Below, in pieces: positions 10,600-19,947 of a stretch of DNA of 64,000 nt (position 1 is the stretch's first letter; each line of letters begins with the position of its first letter). Source of the DNA: Spirochaetota bacterium. Its GTDB lineage: Bacteria > Spirochaetota > UBA4802 > UBA5550. The position numbers were made by a program, and so were the translations under genes. Below the pieces are notes generated by a model. It saw nothing but the letters and a program-made list of their open reading frames with translations. It was not told the DNA's origin and ran no database searches. The stretch is taken from assembly GCA_963664815.2 (NCBI GenBank), contig CAXXHB010000003.1, positions 3,904,001 to 3,968,000 of the forward strand, read 5' to 3'.

Positions 10600-11505
10600 C
10601 TATTTTTCCTGTGATTCAAAATCAATACTGTATAGTCTATCACCTATAAAATAAAAAAGCATCTCATAGTGAACAAAAAACTTATCGCAGTACTTCAGTA
10701 TCCTGTAGGAGTTCTGCATGCCGAACCTTGTATCAATCTCAACCCCGTAAAGCGACCCGTCATCAAAACGCACAAGGAATGAATCATCACGCTTCGGGTA
10801 GAAATCCATGGCAGTAATTGTTTTATCCGGCGTGTACACCTGTTTCTTTGACATCGTATTTATGAAAAACGGAAGCTGTTCTTTTTTACCAGTCCATCTT
10901 ACATACAGTTTATTCCCCTCATTAGACAGGAATACCTTGTCTTTAAGTCGCCTCATCGGCCCCAGTTTAAGCGCAGCAATCTCCCTGCTGTTCCATACCG
11001 GGAATATGCTCTTGGCTGGCTTCTTTGACTCCTTGTAAAGTTTAACTACATCTGTATATTCATCGTTGGATTCAGTTTTTGCACGCTTTTTACTCTTTTT
11101 GGCAGGATCAGTTTTTTTAGCCGGGAGATATTCAGGTATCTCCACAACTTTAAACTCCGAAGGGACAAGAAGCGGGAAACACACCTCAACAAGCTGTTCC
11201 TGTATCTTAACATATTTTACCCACTGGCGGAACCCGTCCTTTTCAACATTCACAGTATAAGTTCCGGGTTTAATATCCTGGACGAGAATATTACGATCTA
11301 TCAAACCTGCCGACTTTTTTCTTTTACCATTTAAAAGCACCCAGACACCAGGTTCACTGTTTGAAACGTAAAGCCCGCCGGTTTTAACAATTTTAAAATC
11401 CTTTGATACGCGGTAACCGAATGAATAGGCTATTATTACAGGTATAACAACAACAAACACTCCGAAGAGTGCAAGTATATATCTGAACTGCTGCTTTGGT
11501 GTCAT
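10600..11505 (-). CDS. Membrane-anchored PEGA-domain protein
   Basis: N-terminal TM, GYR...KTGGLYV, PGTYTVNVEKDGFRQW (PEGA). RBS GGAGA before ATG 11505. Confidence 0.85.
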   Translation of the reverse strand: MTPKQQFRYILALFGVFVVVIPVIIAYSFGYRVSKDFKIVKTGGLYVSNSEPGVWVLLNGKRKKSAGLIDRNILVQDIKPGTYTVNVEKDGFRQWVKYVKIQEQLVEVCFPLLVPSEFKVVEIPEYLPAKKTDPAKKSKKRAKTESNDEYTDVVKLYKESKKPAKSIFPVWNSREIAALKLGPMRRLKDKVFLSNEGNKLYVRWTGKKEQLPFFINTMSKKQVYTPDKTITAMDFYPKRDDSFLVRFDDGSLYGVEIDTRFGMQNSYRILKYCDKFFVHYEMLFYFIGDRLYSIDFESQEK

Positions 11506-11634
11506 AATATCTCCGTAAAATCGTAATCGCCACACATTACTGGTGAGCCGGGATTGGTGTTAAGTGTCTAGGGAGTGACGCACCCGCACTTTTTTTATCT
11601 GCGCAGTATAAAGCGCTGCCCGACAAACAAAATA

Positions 11635-13239
11635 TCATTCGACACGGTGTTTCGGCGTAACCCAGAACCCCATATACCTTCCAAACATAAGCCTGGTCTG
11701 AGCATCAAGCGCCGGGATAGCGCCGAAAATGGTAATTGTTACCGGCACAAGAAGCCACTGTATTATATGATAAAACTTTTTAGGTCTTTTCTTTGTTTCA
11801 GGAACACTCGGCATAAGGCTCACTGCCACCATTGATGAAAGTATAAGATTGCTCATGGTTATCATCATTATATCCCTTGTAATGTACGGAAGATTAAAAC
11901 TGAGCATGGTGGTGTTAAATTCCCTCCCCCCCAGCATAATAGGCAGCCAGCCGAGAAGAAATATCATAAGTGGATTTGTTGCAAGAGACCAGTAGCCGTC
12001 AACATTTACTATAAAGATTTTGAATTTTTCCCGTTTTGGAATATTTTTATTCTTCGCGAAATTAAACATTATATACGCAAAATTCTCAACCCCATAGGCC
12101 CATCTTCTCTGCTGCTTGTAGATATTCTTCATTGTCTGCCAGAATGAATGAGCGAGATTGGCGTCCATCGAAACAGGGTAGGCCATCGGTGTTACGATAT
12201 AGTTACCGTCAAACTTCATGTAGCAGTTCCAGAATATCCTTGAATCCTCGCTTACCATATTGCTCTGCCAGTAACCTACATTGAGAAGTGTACTGAAAGG
12301 CACCGAATGGGAACTGAATGTGGCCATACGCTTCTGCCGCTCCTGCTGAACCATCTGCCAGAAAGTCCCGGAAAATGCAACCACGCGAGATACTGCCGGA
12401 GCTTCAAAGATATTGTTGTTGAATACAGGTACCGGCTGAAACGATGTATTATAGGGGTTTTCGCTGGCAAGAAACATCCATGTAAGACAGGAGAAATACT
12501 GACTGTACACTATTGTGTCAATGTCGAATGCAGACACAAGAACATCCTTATAGGAGATCTTCTTTTTATCGAGTACAAGTTTCCTTGCCTCTTCGGCGGC
12601 ATAGGCTATATTGGATCCTTTGCCGGCCATTTCACCGGCAATACCGTCTGGATGAACCGTAACGACAAAATACCCGAACTCCTTCCCGTATTTCTTCTTC
12701 ATCCTCTCCGCAATTTCCAGAGGTTCATGCCCAGCCCTCGCCTCGGCTGCCAGTACGATTATAAACCGTTTACTGTTGTATTCACTTTCAAGGAGAGACT
12801 TCAGTGTCTTCTCAATTATCTTTTCATCCTCCCTGTAAAAAGGGAGCATAATCATATGATATATATGATCGTATTTAAAGTTCACAAGTCTCCCGGTCCA
12901 ATCGGCGGCCATATGTTCCTTGATGCGCTTCCAGTTTTCCTTAAGGTGAATGGAGAGATATGCAGTTTTTAAAAGCCAGAAAACGTCAAAAGCTATAATA
13001 AAGATAGCAGTATAAAGAGGATAGAGATATGAGAAAACAACAGCCAGTATTATCGTTAGCCATGATAAAGCGCCGGGGAGAATTTCATAAAACCTGTAAA
13101 GGAGATAATCCCTGCCAGAAACTTCATCCCCTCTCCCAATCCTGTAGTTTTCATATATATATTCTTCTGGCACTTTAACTCTCCCTTCATTCAATTGTTT
13201 TCTATTCCTGAACTCTTTTTTCGGGGCGGTATTAAACAC
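11635..13239 (-). CDS. Processive GT2 (cellulose-synthase-like) integral membrane glycosyltransferase
   Basis: GKGSN, FDIDT, SEDS and QQRRW (D,D,D,QxxRW), flanked by TM helices. Probable true start is GTG 13173 after GGGAGAG. Confidence 0.9.
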   Translation of the reverse strand: MFNTAPKKEFRNRKQLNEGRVKVPEEYIYENYRIGRGDEVSGRDYLLYRFYEILPGALSWLTIILAVVFSYLYPLYTAIFIIAFDVFWLLKTAYLSIHLKENWKRIKEHMAADWTGRLVNFKYDHIYHMIMLPFYREDEKIIEKTLKSLLESEYNSKRFIIVLAAEARAGHEPLEIAERMKKKYGKEFGYFVVTVHPDGIAGEMAGKGSNIAYAAEEARKLVLDKKKISYKDVLVSAFDIDTIVYSQYFSCLTWMFLASENPYNTSFQPVPVFNNNIFEAPAVSRVVAFSGTFWQMVQQERQKRMATFSSHSVPFSTLLNVGYWQSNMVSEDSRIFWNCYMKFDGNYIVTPMAYPVSMDANLAHSFWQTMKNIYKQQRRWAYGVENFAYIMFNFAKNKNIPKREKFKIFIVNVDGYWSLATNPLMIFLLGWLPIMLGGREFNTTMLSFNLPYITRDIMMITMSNLILSSMVAVSLMPSVPETKKRPKKFYHIIQWLLVPVTITIFGAIPALDAQTRLMFGRYMGFWVTPKHRVE

Positions 13240-13422
13240 ATTACACCATGACAGTTATAAATAAAATATTTGATAATGTTTTCTGTCAAGAATTTGTATT
13301 AAAAAATGTATTTTAAAGCCGCATAACAAAATTTACTTCAAGTTCCTTCTTGACAAAAAAATAATGTATATTCAAATATTGGGAATTCAAATAAAAAATT
13401 TTAAAAAAGATAAGGAGATTAT

Positions 13423-13959
13423 ATGAAACGTAATTTTGCTGTAGCCGCCGGTTCTATTCTAATCATGATTGCGGGTTTTATTTCTGTCAGCGCACTAAAT
13501 GTTAACGATGTTGTATCAAATGTTAACATCAAGGATGCAAACGACAAACCTGCACAAATTCCATTTTTAGGCCAGAAGGTTCTTACTATTGTTTACTGTG
13601 ATACAGATACTTCAGATATAAGCGATCCTATTTCAGATGCGCTTAAAGCAAAAAATTTCCCCGAAGCCAAACAGAAGGGTATCGGTGTTGCCAATCTTAA
13701 AAACTCTGCAGCGCCTAACTTCTTAATCAGAAAGATAATACAGAAGAAAATCGCGAAATATAATTCAACAATTCTTACAGATGACAGTCTTATTCTTCCG
13801 GCAGCGTGGGGCCTCGGAAATGTAGATGACAAATCTGTTGTTATGATTATTGGCGCTGATAAAAAAGTTAAATTCATTAAATATTTCACAAAAAACAACA
13901 AACCGACACAGGCAGACATCGACGCGTGTGTTAACCTTATGGCAAGCCTTACAAAATAA
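13423..13959 (+). CDS. YtfJ-family exported thioredoxin-like protein
   Basis: Signal peptide; IGVANLK, ILTDD..LPAAWGL, SVVMIIG.DKKVKF pattern. RBS AAGGAG. Confidence 0.75.
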   Translation: MKRNFAVAAGSILIMIAGFISVSALNVNDVVSNVNIKDANDKPAQIPFLGQKVLTIVYCDTDTSDISDPISDALKAKNFPEAKQKGIGVANLKNSAAPNFLIRKIIQKKIAKYNSTILTDDSLILPAAWGLGNVDDKSVVMIIGADKKVKFIKYFTKNNKPTQADIDACVNLMASLTK

Positions 13960-14306
13960 TCTGATTCTAAGATAGAGTATATCCCTCTTCGCGCGGCACT
14001 GGTTAAAATGATAATCACTCCCCGCGAAGAGGATATCAAAACCCCTGGCGTTCCCGGTTTAAAATCACTTTACTTTACCACACTTTCAAATCTTATACTC
14101 ACACTGTTATTATTCCCGGCGCTGCTTCACAATAGCGCATTATTCCATAAAAAATATTTTGACAAATATCGAGCCGGTTTAATCATTATTACTCTTTACG
14201 TGTTCATACGTAAAAAACCGGGCCGGAGTTTGTGCATCAGTAAAATGATTTACTATAAACCCTGCTCCGGTTGAATCAGCCGATCAAATAACAAAAAGGA
14301 AATGGC

Positions 14307-14969
14307 ATGAAAGTAACAGGCGAAGTATACGCATATATATGGAAGGGAGTTTTTGACAACAACTGCAACAGTTTTTATTTTGGAGAACCGCTGAACATCC
14401 TCTTTGATCCCGGTCTTAAAAACTATACTGATTCCCTTCTCAAACAGATGGAGGCGGATGGTGTTGATATTGAAAAGATGGGGTTTGTCATAAACACTCA
14501 CAGCCATCCCGATCATGTGGAGGGAACAATAAATTTTACAAAATACGATATTCCTGCCGGCATGCACAGGGAGGAAATTAAATACTACAGGGAGCATGGA
14601 CCTGACTTCTACAACTGGATGGGGATGGAGTTTCAGGAGATAAAATTTGACATTGAACTCGAAGAGGGTTATCTTCAGATCGGTGATGTGGAACTTGAAG
14701 TTTACAAAACGCCCGGGCACTCCCCCGCCTCTGTATGTATATACTGGAGAGAAAAAAAGGTGCTTGTCTGCGGCGACCTTATTTTCAATAACAGTTTCGG
14801 AAGATTCGATTTCCCTGGTGGAAACGCCGAATTGCTTAAAGAGAGTATCCGGAAGATTTCACAGCTTGACATCGAGTATCTGCTCCCGGGGCATATGGAT
14901 ATAGTTGTCGGGAAGGAAAACGTTGAAAAAAATTTCAGGCAGGTGATGGAATACTTTCAGCATTTTTAA
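14307..14969 (+). CDS. MBL-fold hydrolase (glyoxalase II-like)
   Basis: THSHPDH, TPGHS, GDLIF, GRFD, LPGH. Confidence 0.93.
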   Translation: MKVTGEVYAYIWKGVFDNNCNSFYFGEPLNILFDPGLKNYTDSLLKQMEADGVDIEKMGFVINTHSHPDHVEGTINFTKYDIPAGMHREEIKYYREHGPDFYNWMGMEFQEIKFDIELEEGYLQIGDVELEVYKTPGHSPASVCIYWREKKVLVCGDLIFNNSFGRFDFPGGNAELLKESIRKISQLDIEYLLPGHMDIVVGKENVEKNFRQVMEYFQHF

Positions 14970-15075
14970 CAAGCTTCAAAGGAAGGATACATCGCCTTCC
15001 GGGCAACATGCCCATACAAAAAGCATCAGTGTTTGCAGTTATGCCCCCTGCTTCCGCTTCTTTCTGGTTCATCCA

Positions 15076-15107
15076 CATGTGCCGTTTGTTTGATAAACCG
15101 GCACATG
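15076..15107. terminator. Probable bidirectional terminator hairpin
   Basis: CATGTGCCG/CGGCACATG stem between convergent genes. Confidence 0.7.
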
Positions 15108-15118
15108 CAGTGCATAAA

Positions 15119-16549
15119 TTAAAAGCATCCCCCCCAGGAGAGGCTTATTGATGTCCTTTTAAAGGAATTTCCGCTATCGGTATCATCAACATACTCAACC
15201 CTTTTCCAGTCAAAACCGATAAAAGAATCTTTGTTATATCTATACATCAACTTGGCACCATACCCGAAATAATCCGAATCATACATCTGGATAAGATCAA
15301 ACCCGTAATTCAGATTAGCTGCAATATAAAAATTTCCCAGTCTCAAGCCGGCACCGGCAGAAAAATTATATATAAATATATCATACCATCCGAATTCCAG
15401 GTTGTATGAAAAAATGCCCCATCCCCTGCCAACATAGCCAAGATCCAGACCTATTAACGTACTGAAATCCTCGGTATATTCTTCATCATTATAGTTAAAT
15501 GTATTCTGATTTTTGTATTTCGATTCGTATTCTATTTTTCCAGCCGTTAAAGCAGCGTAACCGAATCCACCGGATGAATAATCCGGGGAAATGCATCCGC
15601 CCAGTTTTTTATTTAATGAAATGCCCTGAAGTTTAAATGAAGCTCTGCTTGTCTCTCCCTGTTTAACATTTACATACTGTGATGAATCTTCATAATCTGT
15701 TTTTTTTACAGTGACCAGCACCCTGTTTTTTTCAGGCGGAATGATTATATTGCCACAGGGGGTTTTTTCGCTCTGGTGAACACCGTCAATATATATGTCT
15801 GCTTCGGATGGATCTGAATCGACAAACAATTTCTGGTTATCCACATTAAAGAAAACATTCTTCGTTTCTTTATTCTTCAGGGTCACAGTCTGATATGAGA
15901 TAATCTCATCCGAGAATACCCATACATAATAGTTGCCGGCAGGAAGCTTGTCTATTTTTCCGTCGGTTTTTGTGCCGGTCATCCCGTATGCGTAAATAAT
16001 CAATGAAAAAGTTACCTGTTTCTCGTTAAATTCCGGGTTAAGGATGGCCTTTATAGTCAAATCTTTTATATAATCTTTATCAGCAATCGAGCCCCCCTGC
16101 TTTTTCACAAGCTCCCGGAGCAGATCATACCATTCCTCCTGATTAACCACGAAAATCATAGATTCTTTCGATGCCTTAACCGTTAAAGCTGATCCCCCTT
16201 TTTTCTTTGTAAAAAGACTGTCCTCTTTTGTTATCTCCTTCTCAATACCGGCTTTATACCTGAACACTTTCATACCGGATTCGACCCGGGGTAAAAAGGC
16301 TCTGTATTCCGGGTCAAGCTGGCATTTTGTAATTGTCATCATGGGAAACGTTGCCGACATGATGACTGCCTTATTACCTATAATGACGAAAAGTTTATCA
16401 CCCATGCTGACATCTTTTGCCCTTATTATTATCTCTTTTTTTGATTTGTCAATATTATGAACAGTTCCTATCTCAGTCAGAGCCCACAGACCCGGCGTAA
16501 GAATAAAAAGAAAAAGAAAAATAATACATATGTATCGCAAGAATCTCAC
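15119..16549 (-). CDS. Exported PEGA-domain protein with probable C-terminal outer-membrane beta-barrel
   Basis: Signal peptide; PEGA (LFVDSDPSEADIYIDG...KTP); C-terminal alternating aromatic/Gly strands ending in Phe. Confidence 0.75.
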   Translation of the reverse strand: MRFLRYICIIFLFLFILTPGLWALTEIGTVHNIDKSKKEIIIRAKDVSMGDKLFVIIGNKAVIMSATFPMMTITKCQLDPEYRAFLPRVESGMKVFRYKAGIEKEITKEDSLFTKKKGGSALTVKASKESMIFVVNQEEWYDLLRELVKKQGGSIADKDYIKDLTIKAILNPEFNEKQVTFSLIIYAYGMTGTKTDGKIDKLPAGNYYVWVFSDEIISYQTVTLKNKETKNVFFNVDNQKLFVDSDPSEADIYIDGVHQSEKTPCGNIIIPPEKNRVLVTVKKTDYEDSSQYVNVKQGETSRASFKLQGISLNKKLGGCISPDYSSGGFGYAALTAGKIEYESKYKNQNTFNYNDEEYTEDFSTLIGLDLGYVGRGWGIFSYNLEFGWYDIFIYNFSAGAGLRLGNFYIAANLNYGFDLIQMYDSDYFGYGAKLMYRYNKDSFIGFDWKRVEYVDDTDSGNSFKRTSISLSWGGCF

Positions 16550-17092
16550 TATATTAACTCCGGTAAAATTTTATATTTTTTGCAGAGATCCCGTGTAAAA
16601 CATTCACGACATCCTTTAACACTTCTTCTCTATGAGACACCACAGAACACAAACCTGCATTTATTAATATTTTAATGCATATCTTCCCAAAAATGAAAGA
16701 TTCTTTAAATCAAATAATATTTATTTAAAACTTGTTCCAGGATTTATGAATTACAATAACTTTTTCAGTGGAACCGGAGTTTAGTAAAAAAAAGTATGGT
16801 CAATTGCTGATATGACAGAAATTGACTATGCCACAATCAGCACTGACATTGTTCTGATAAAAAAAGCATGGTTCATGTAATAATCCGTTGAAGAAAATGG
16901 CTATAGAGAATGATTGACAATTATAGTTTTTGTTTGTATCTGTTAAATCAATGAACAGAATAAAAAAATCATTCAGCAGATATTTGCATTTATACAAATT
17001 TTATGGTTATGGCAATCCTGAAACTTTTCAAGATTGTTATAAACTGTTTTGTTCTTCCCGATTTTCCCCGGATAACAATATAATTATTAATC

Positions 17093-17818
17093 ATGAGGTT
17101 TGACATGAATTATAAAAAAGTTACTATATCCTCCGGCATTTTAATTATAATATGTTTTGCCTGTTATGAGTTGATGAATTCAAGGAACTTTCAGTTATTC
17201 GGCCGGATATACAGTATGAATAAAGTTAACGAAAAAGTCGCAGCACTGACCTTTGATGATGGACCTCTACCGGTCTATACGGATAAAATTCTTACAATAC
17301 TTTCAAAAGAAAATGTTAAAGGTACATTTTACCTCACCGGCAATGAAATAAAATCCGACAGAAATGATGCATTAAAAATTGTGCTGGCGGGGCACGAGAT
17401 TGGTAATCATTCATATTCCCATAAACGGATGATCTTCAGGTCGTGGAATTTTATTAAAACCGAAATTGAAGCCACTGACTCTCTCATAAAGAGTATAGGG
17501 TACAATAAAATTACAACCTTCAGACCACCCTACTGCAAAAAACTATTCCTTTTGCCATTATACATGGCAATGAATAATCGGATCACCATTACATGCAATA
17601 TTGAACCTGATTCGGATTCAGCTCTTTCAAGTAATTCATTAAAAATGGTTGATTATGTAAGTGAGCACATCCAGCCGGGCTCAATTATTCTTTTTCATGT
17701 TATGAATAAAAGCAGAAGTGAATCATTAAATGCAGTTGAACCTGTTATCAGATCTTTAAAGTCAAAGGGGTATAGCTTTGTAACAGTCTCCCGGTTGATG
17801 GAATATAAGTCATATTAA
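17093..17818 (+). CDS. NodB-family polysaccharide/peptidoglycan deacetylase
   Basis: LTFDDGP, GHEIGNHSYSH, FRPPY, IILFH; N-terminal TM. Start may be ATG 17105. Confidence 0.95.
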   Translation: MRFDMNYKKVTISSGILIIICFACYELMNSRNFQLFGRIYSMNKVNEKVAALTFDDGPLPVYTDKILTILSKENVKGTFYLTGNEIKSDRNDALKIVLAGHEIGNHSYSHKRMIFRSWNFIKTEIEATDSLIKSIGYNKITTFRPPYCKKLFLLPLYMAMNNRITITCNIEPDSDSALSSNSLKMVDYVSEHIQPGSIILFHVMNKSRSESLNAVEPVIRSLKSKGYSFVTVSRLMEYKSY

Positions 17819-18019
17819 ACTCCGGGTCTTACATATACCGGATTCATATAACGGCCACTGTCTGCCTTACATGGATCATAAGATTTCTTGCTCCCAGCAT
17901 GCTACGACTCTTTATACTATATAATACAGCCATCATTTCTTAAAATGAAAGCTTTAATTTGCAGGGTGTACAATTTATAACAGAATATTCAGCATCAGAA
18001 AGATATAATAAAAACAGAA

Positions 18020-18858
18020 TTAAGATATTTTTCCGGAGTGGTATCTTCTGTAATCCATTGGAGTGCGACCGGTACTTTTTACAAATACCCTGTTGAAAGT
18101 CCTGGTTGAATTAAAACCCGCCATAAGTGCTATGCGTGTTATCTGATAGTCAGGATTTTGTGCCATAAGATTCATGGCTTCATTAATTTTATAATCATTA
18201 ATATAGGTACTGAAGCTTTTATGCAGAAAGCTGTTCAGGATTTCCGAAAGCTGCTGCACATTAATGTTCAGCATGTCAGCTGCGTTTTTAATGGAAAAGT
18301 TTTCCTCTTTGTATAGTTCTTTTTCAGTCATAACTGCGTTGAGTTTAAGAATTACAGATTCAGCATCTATACCCTGTATTTTAGATAATTCATATTTTTT
18401 CTTTTTTTTGACATGCTTGAATATCGCGTAATAGCTTGGATCATACTGAGAAGCGAAAAAAACACCAAGTGTTACCGTATTTACCATTGCAATGGCTGCC
18501 CTGCTGAATGCAAAACTTATTATATCCCCGATGATAAGCATAACGGATGTCGAAAACATCAATATAGTAAAAATAAATGAAATCCTTGCCAGCACCATTC
18601 TATCAGTATTTTTTCTCTTCCAGAGGAAACTGGTCCTGATTATAAGGAGGAGCAGCCCTACGCAAGTATAAGCTTTGCACAAAAATTTATTATATGGACA
18701 ATCATGTAATACAAAGGTAGTTTGAAAAATAAAGGGTCAATCAAAGGCCGTAGTTCAATATTAGCCTTTGTAAAATGCATCCTTTCTCCGACAACCGGAC
18801 CTGCAAAAATAAACAGAGGCAGAGTGATAAGGCATATAATTACCGGTAATGGAAGACG
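18020..18858 (-). pseudogene. 5'-truncated, frameshifted membrane-anchored AraC regulator
   Basis: AraC HTH intact at the 3' end. An upstream frame (LPVIICLITLP...FFKLPLYYMIV...AKLILA*) is homologous to the 50969 AraC and joins via a 1-nt frameshift near 18663. No start codon region remains. Confidence 0.85.
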
Positions 18859-19581
18859 CCTCTGATTAAAAATGGCGACTGTCTCCAGCTTGGAATAGGA
18901 GGAATCCCTAACGCAATCGGCAAAATGATTGCAAAGTCAGACCTGAAAGACCTGGGAGTCAACAGCGAGATGTTCTGTGATGCATTTTATGATATGTATA
19001 TGGCCGGAAAAATCACCAATATGAAGAAAAAACGGGATATAGGCAAAAGTGTTTTTACTTTCAGTCTCTGTACAAGAGAGACTATGGATTTCCTTGATAA
19101 AAATCCGATGATGGCTTCAAACAACGGTGATTATGTTACTGAGTATTCCATGCTCGCAGCCGAGGATAATATGTTTGCGATAAATTCAACTCTTGAGATG
19201 GATCTTGTCGGGCAGTGCGTTTCAGAATCAATCGGCCCGGTTCAGTATTCCGGAGTCGGCGGCGCTCTCAGCTTCACATGGGGATGCTACCAGTCAAAAG
19301 GGGGAACTGCAGTACTTTGACTGCCGTCAACATACCGTGACAAGGAAGGAAAACTCCACTCCAAAATAAAAGGAACCCTTACTCCCGGATCAGTTGTAAC
19401 AATACCCAGGTTTGTAGTAAGTACTGTTGCGACAGAATACGGAGCAGTTAACATCAAAGCTCTCAGTCTGTGGAACAGAACCGAGGCTATTATAAATATC
19501 GCACACCCGGATTTCAGGGAAGAGCTTGTGAAGGAAGCTCAAAAAATGAATATCTGGAGAAAATCCAGCAAAATCAGATAA
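18859..19581 (+). pseudogene. 5'-truncated acetyl-CoA hydrolase/transferase family CoA-transferase with internal TGA
   Basis: Begins mid-protein (PLIKNGDCLQLGIGGIPNAIG); in-frame TGA at 19318-19320; frame continues to ...IAHPDFREEL...NIWRKSSKIR* at 19581. Paralog of 57246-58571. Confidence 0.9.
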
Positions 19582-19597
19582 AGAAAAGAGGTATGCA

Positions 19598-19726
19598 ATG
19601 AGTATCCTGCTTAATCCTAAAAATTATAAAGACAGAAATTATCCTGATGAAAGATCAAAAGAGATAATGCTGAAAACCATTGAGTGGTTTGAAAAGAAAG
19701 GCCTGGCGAAACAGAAAGAGGATTAA
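19598..19726 (+). pseudogene. N-terminal 42-codon remnant of an acyl-CoA dehydrogenase
   Basis: RBS GAGGT; MSILLNPKNYKDRNYPDERSKEIMLKTIEWFEKKGLAKQKED* matches an ACAD-subfamily N-terminus I recognise, then stops. Confidence 0.7.
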
Positions 19727-19859
19727 AGAATTGGCAGGATTACCTGCTGACAGGGATATCGTACACAAACATACTTGTGTCGTGCATAAACTGGATTATA
19801 TATAATAATACAGCAGATTTAAGACAAAATCCCTACTCTCTTCACAGAAAAGTCAGTTT

Positions 19860-19947
19860 CGTTTCAATACCGACTCAAACACGCTACTGACAGCTATAAA
19901 CGCGCGTTTTTCTCTGCCGGTAACGATGTTGAAACGGTATTGAAACG
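19860..19947. repeat. 88-bp loop-free imperfect palindrome with 11-bp phased subrepeats
   Basis: 33 of 44 gap-free pairs are complementary by manual count. Central AAACGCGCGTTT (19898-19909); perfect 13-bp outer arms CGTTTCAATACCG/CGGTATTGAAACG; 11-bp units continue to about 19994. Confidence 0.9.

Noticed and set aside
11506-11634. GC-rich intergenic segment with partial ZTP-riboswitch-like or tRNA-3'-like words
   Set aside because: P1 does not pair, the match is on the opposite strand to the genes, and there is no T-arm or cloverleaf.
19318-19320. In-frame TGA aligning with Cys of the intact paralog (VL*L vs FICL): possible selenocysteine
   Set aside because: The gene has lost its 5' half and its neighbours are decayed; the aligned Cys is not the catalytic residue of this family; no obvious SECIS hairpin follows. 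A TGY-to-TGA nonsense mutation is simpler.
19861-19946. GTTTCAAT...ATTGAAAC resembling CRISPR repeat termini
   Set aside because: The ends are 86 bp apart, there is no repeat-spacer periodicity, and no cas genes are in the window.
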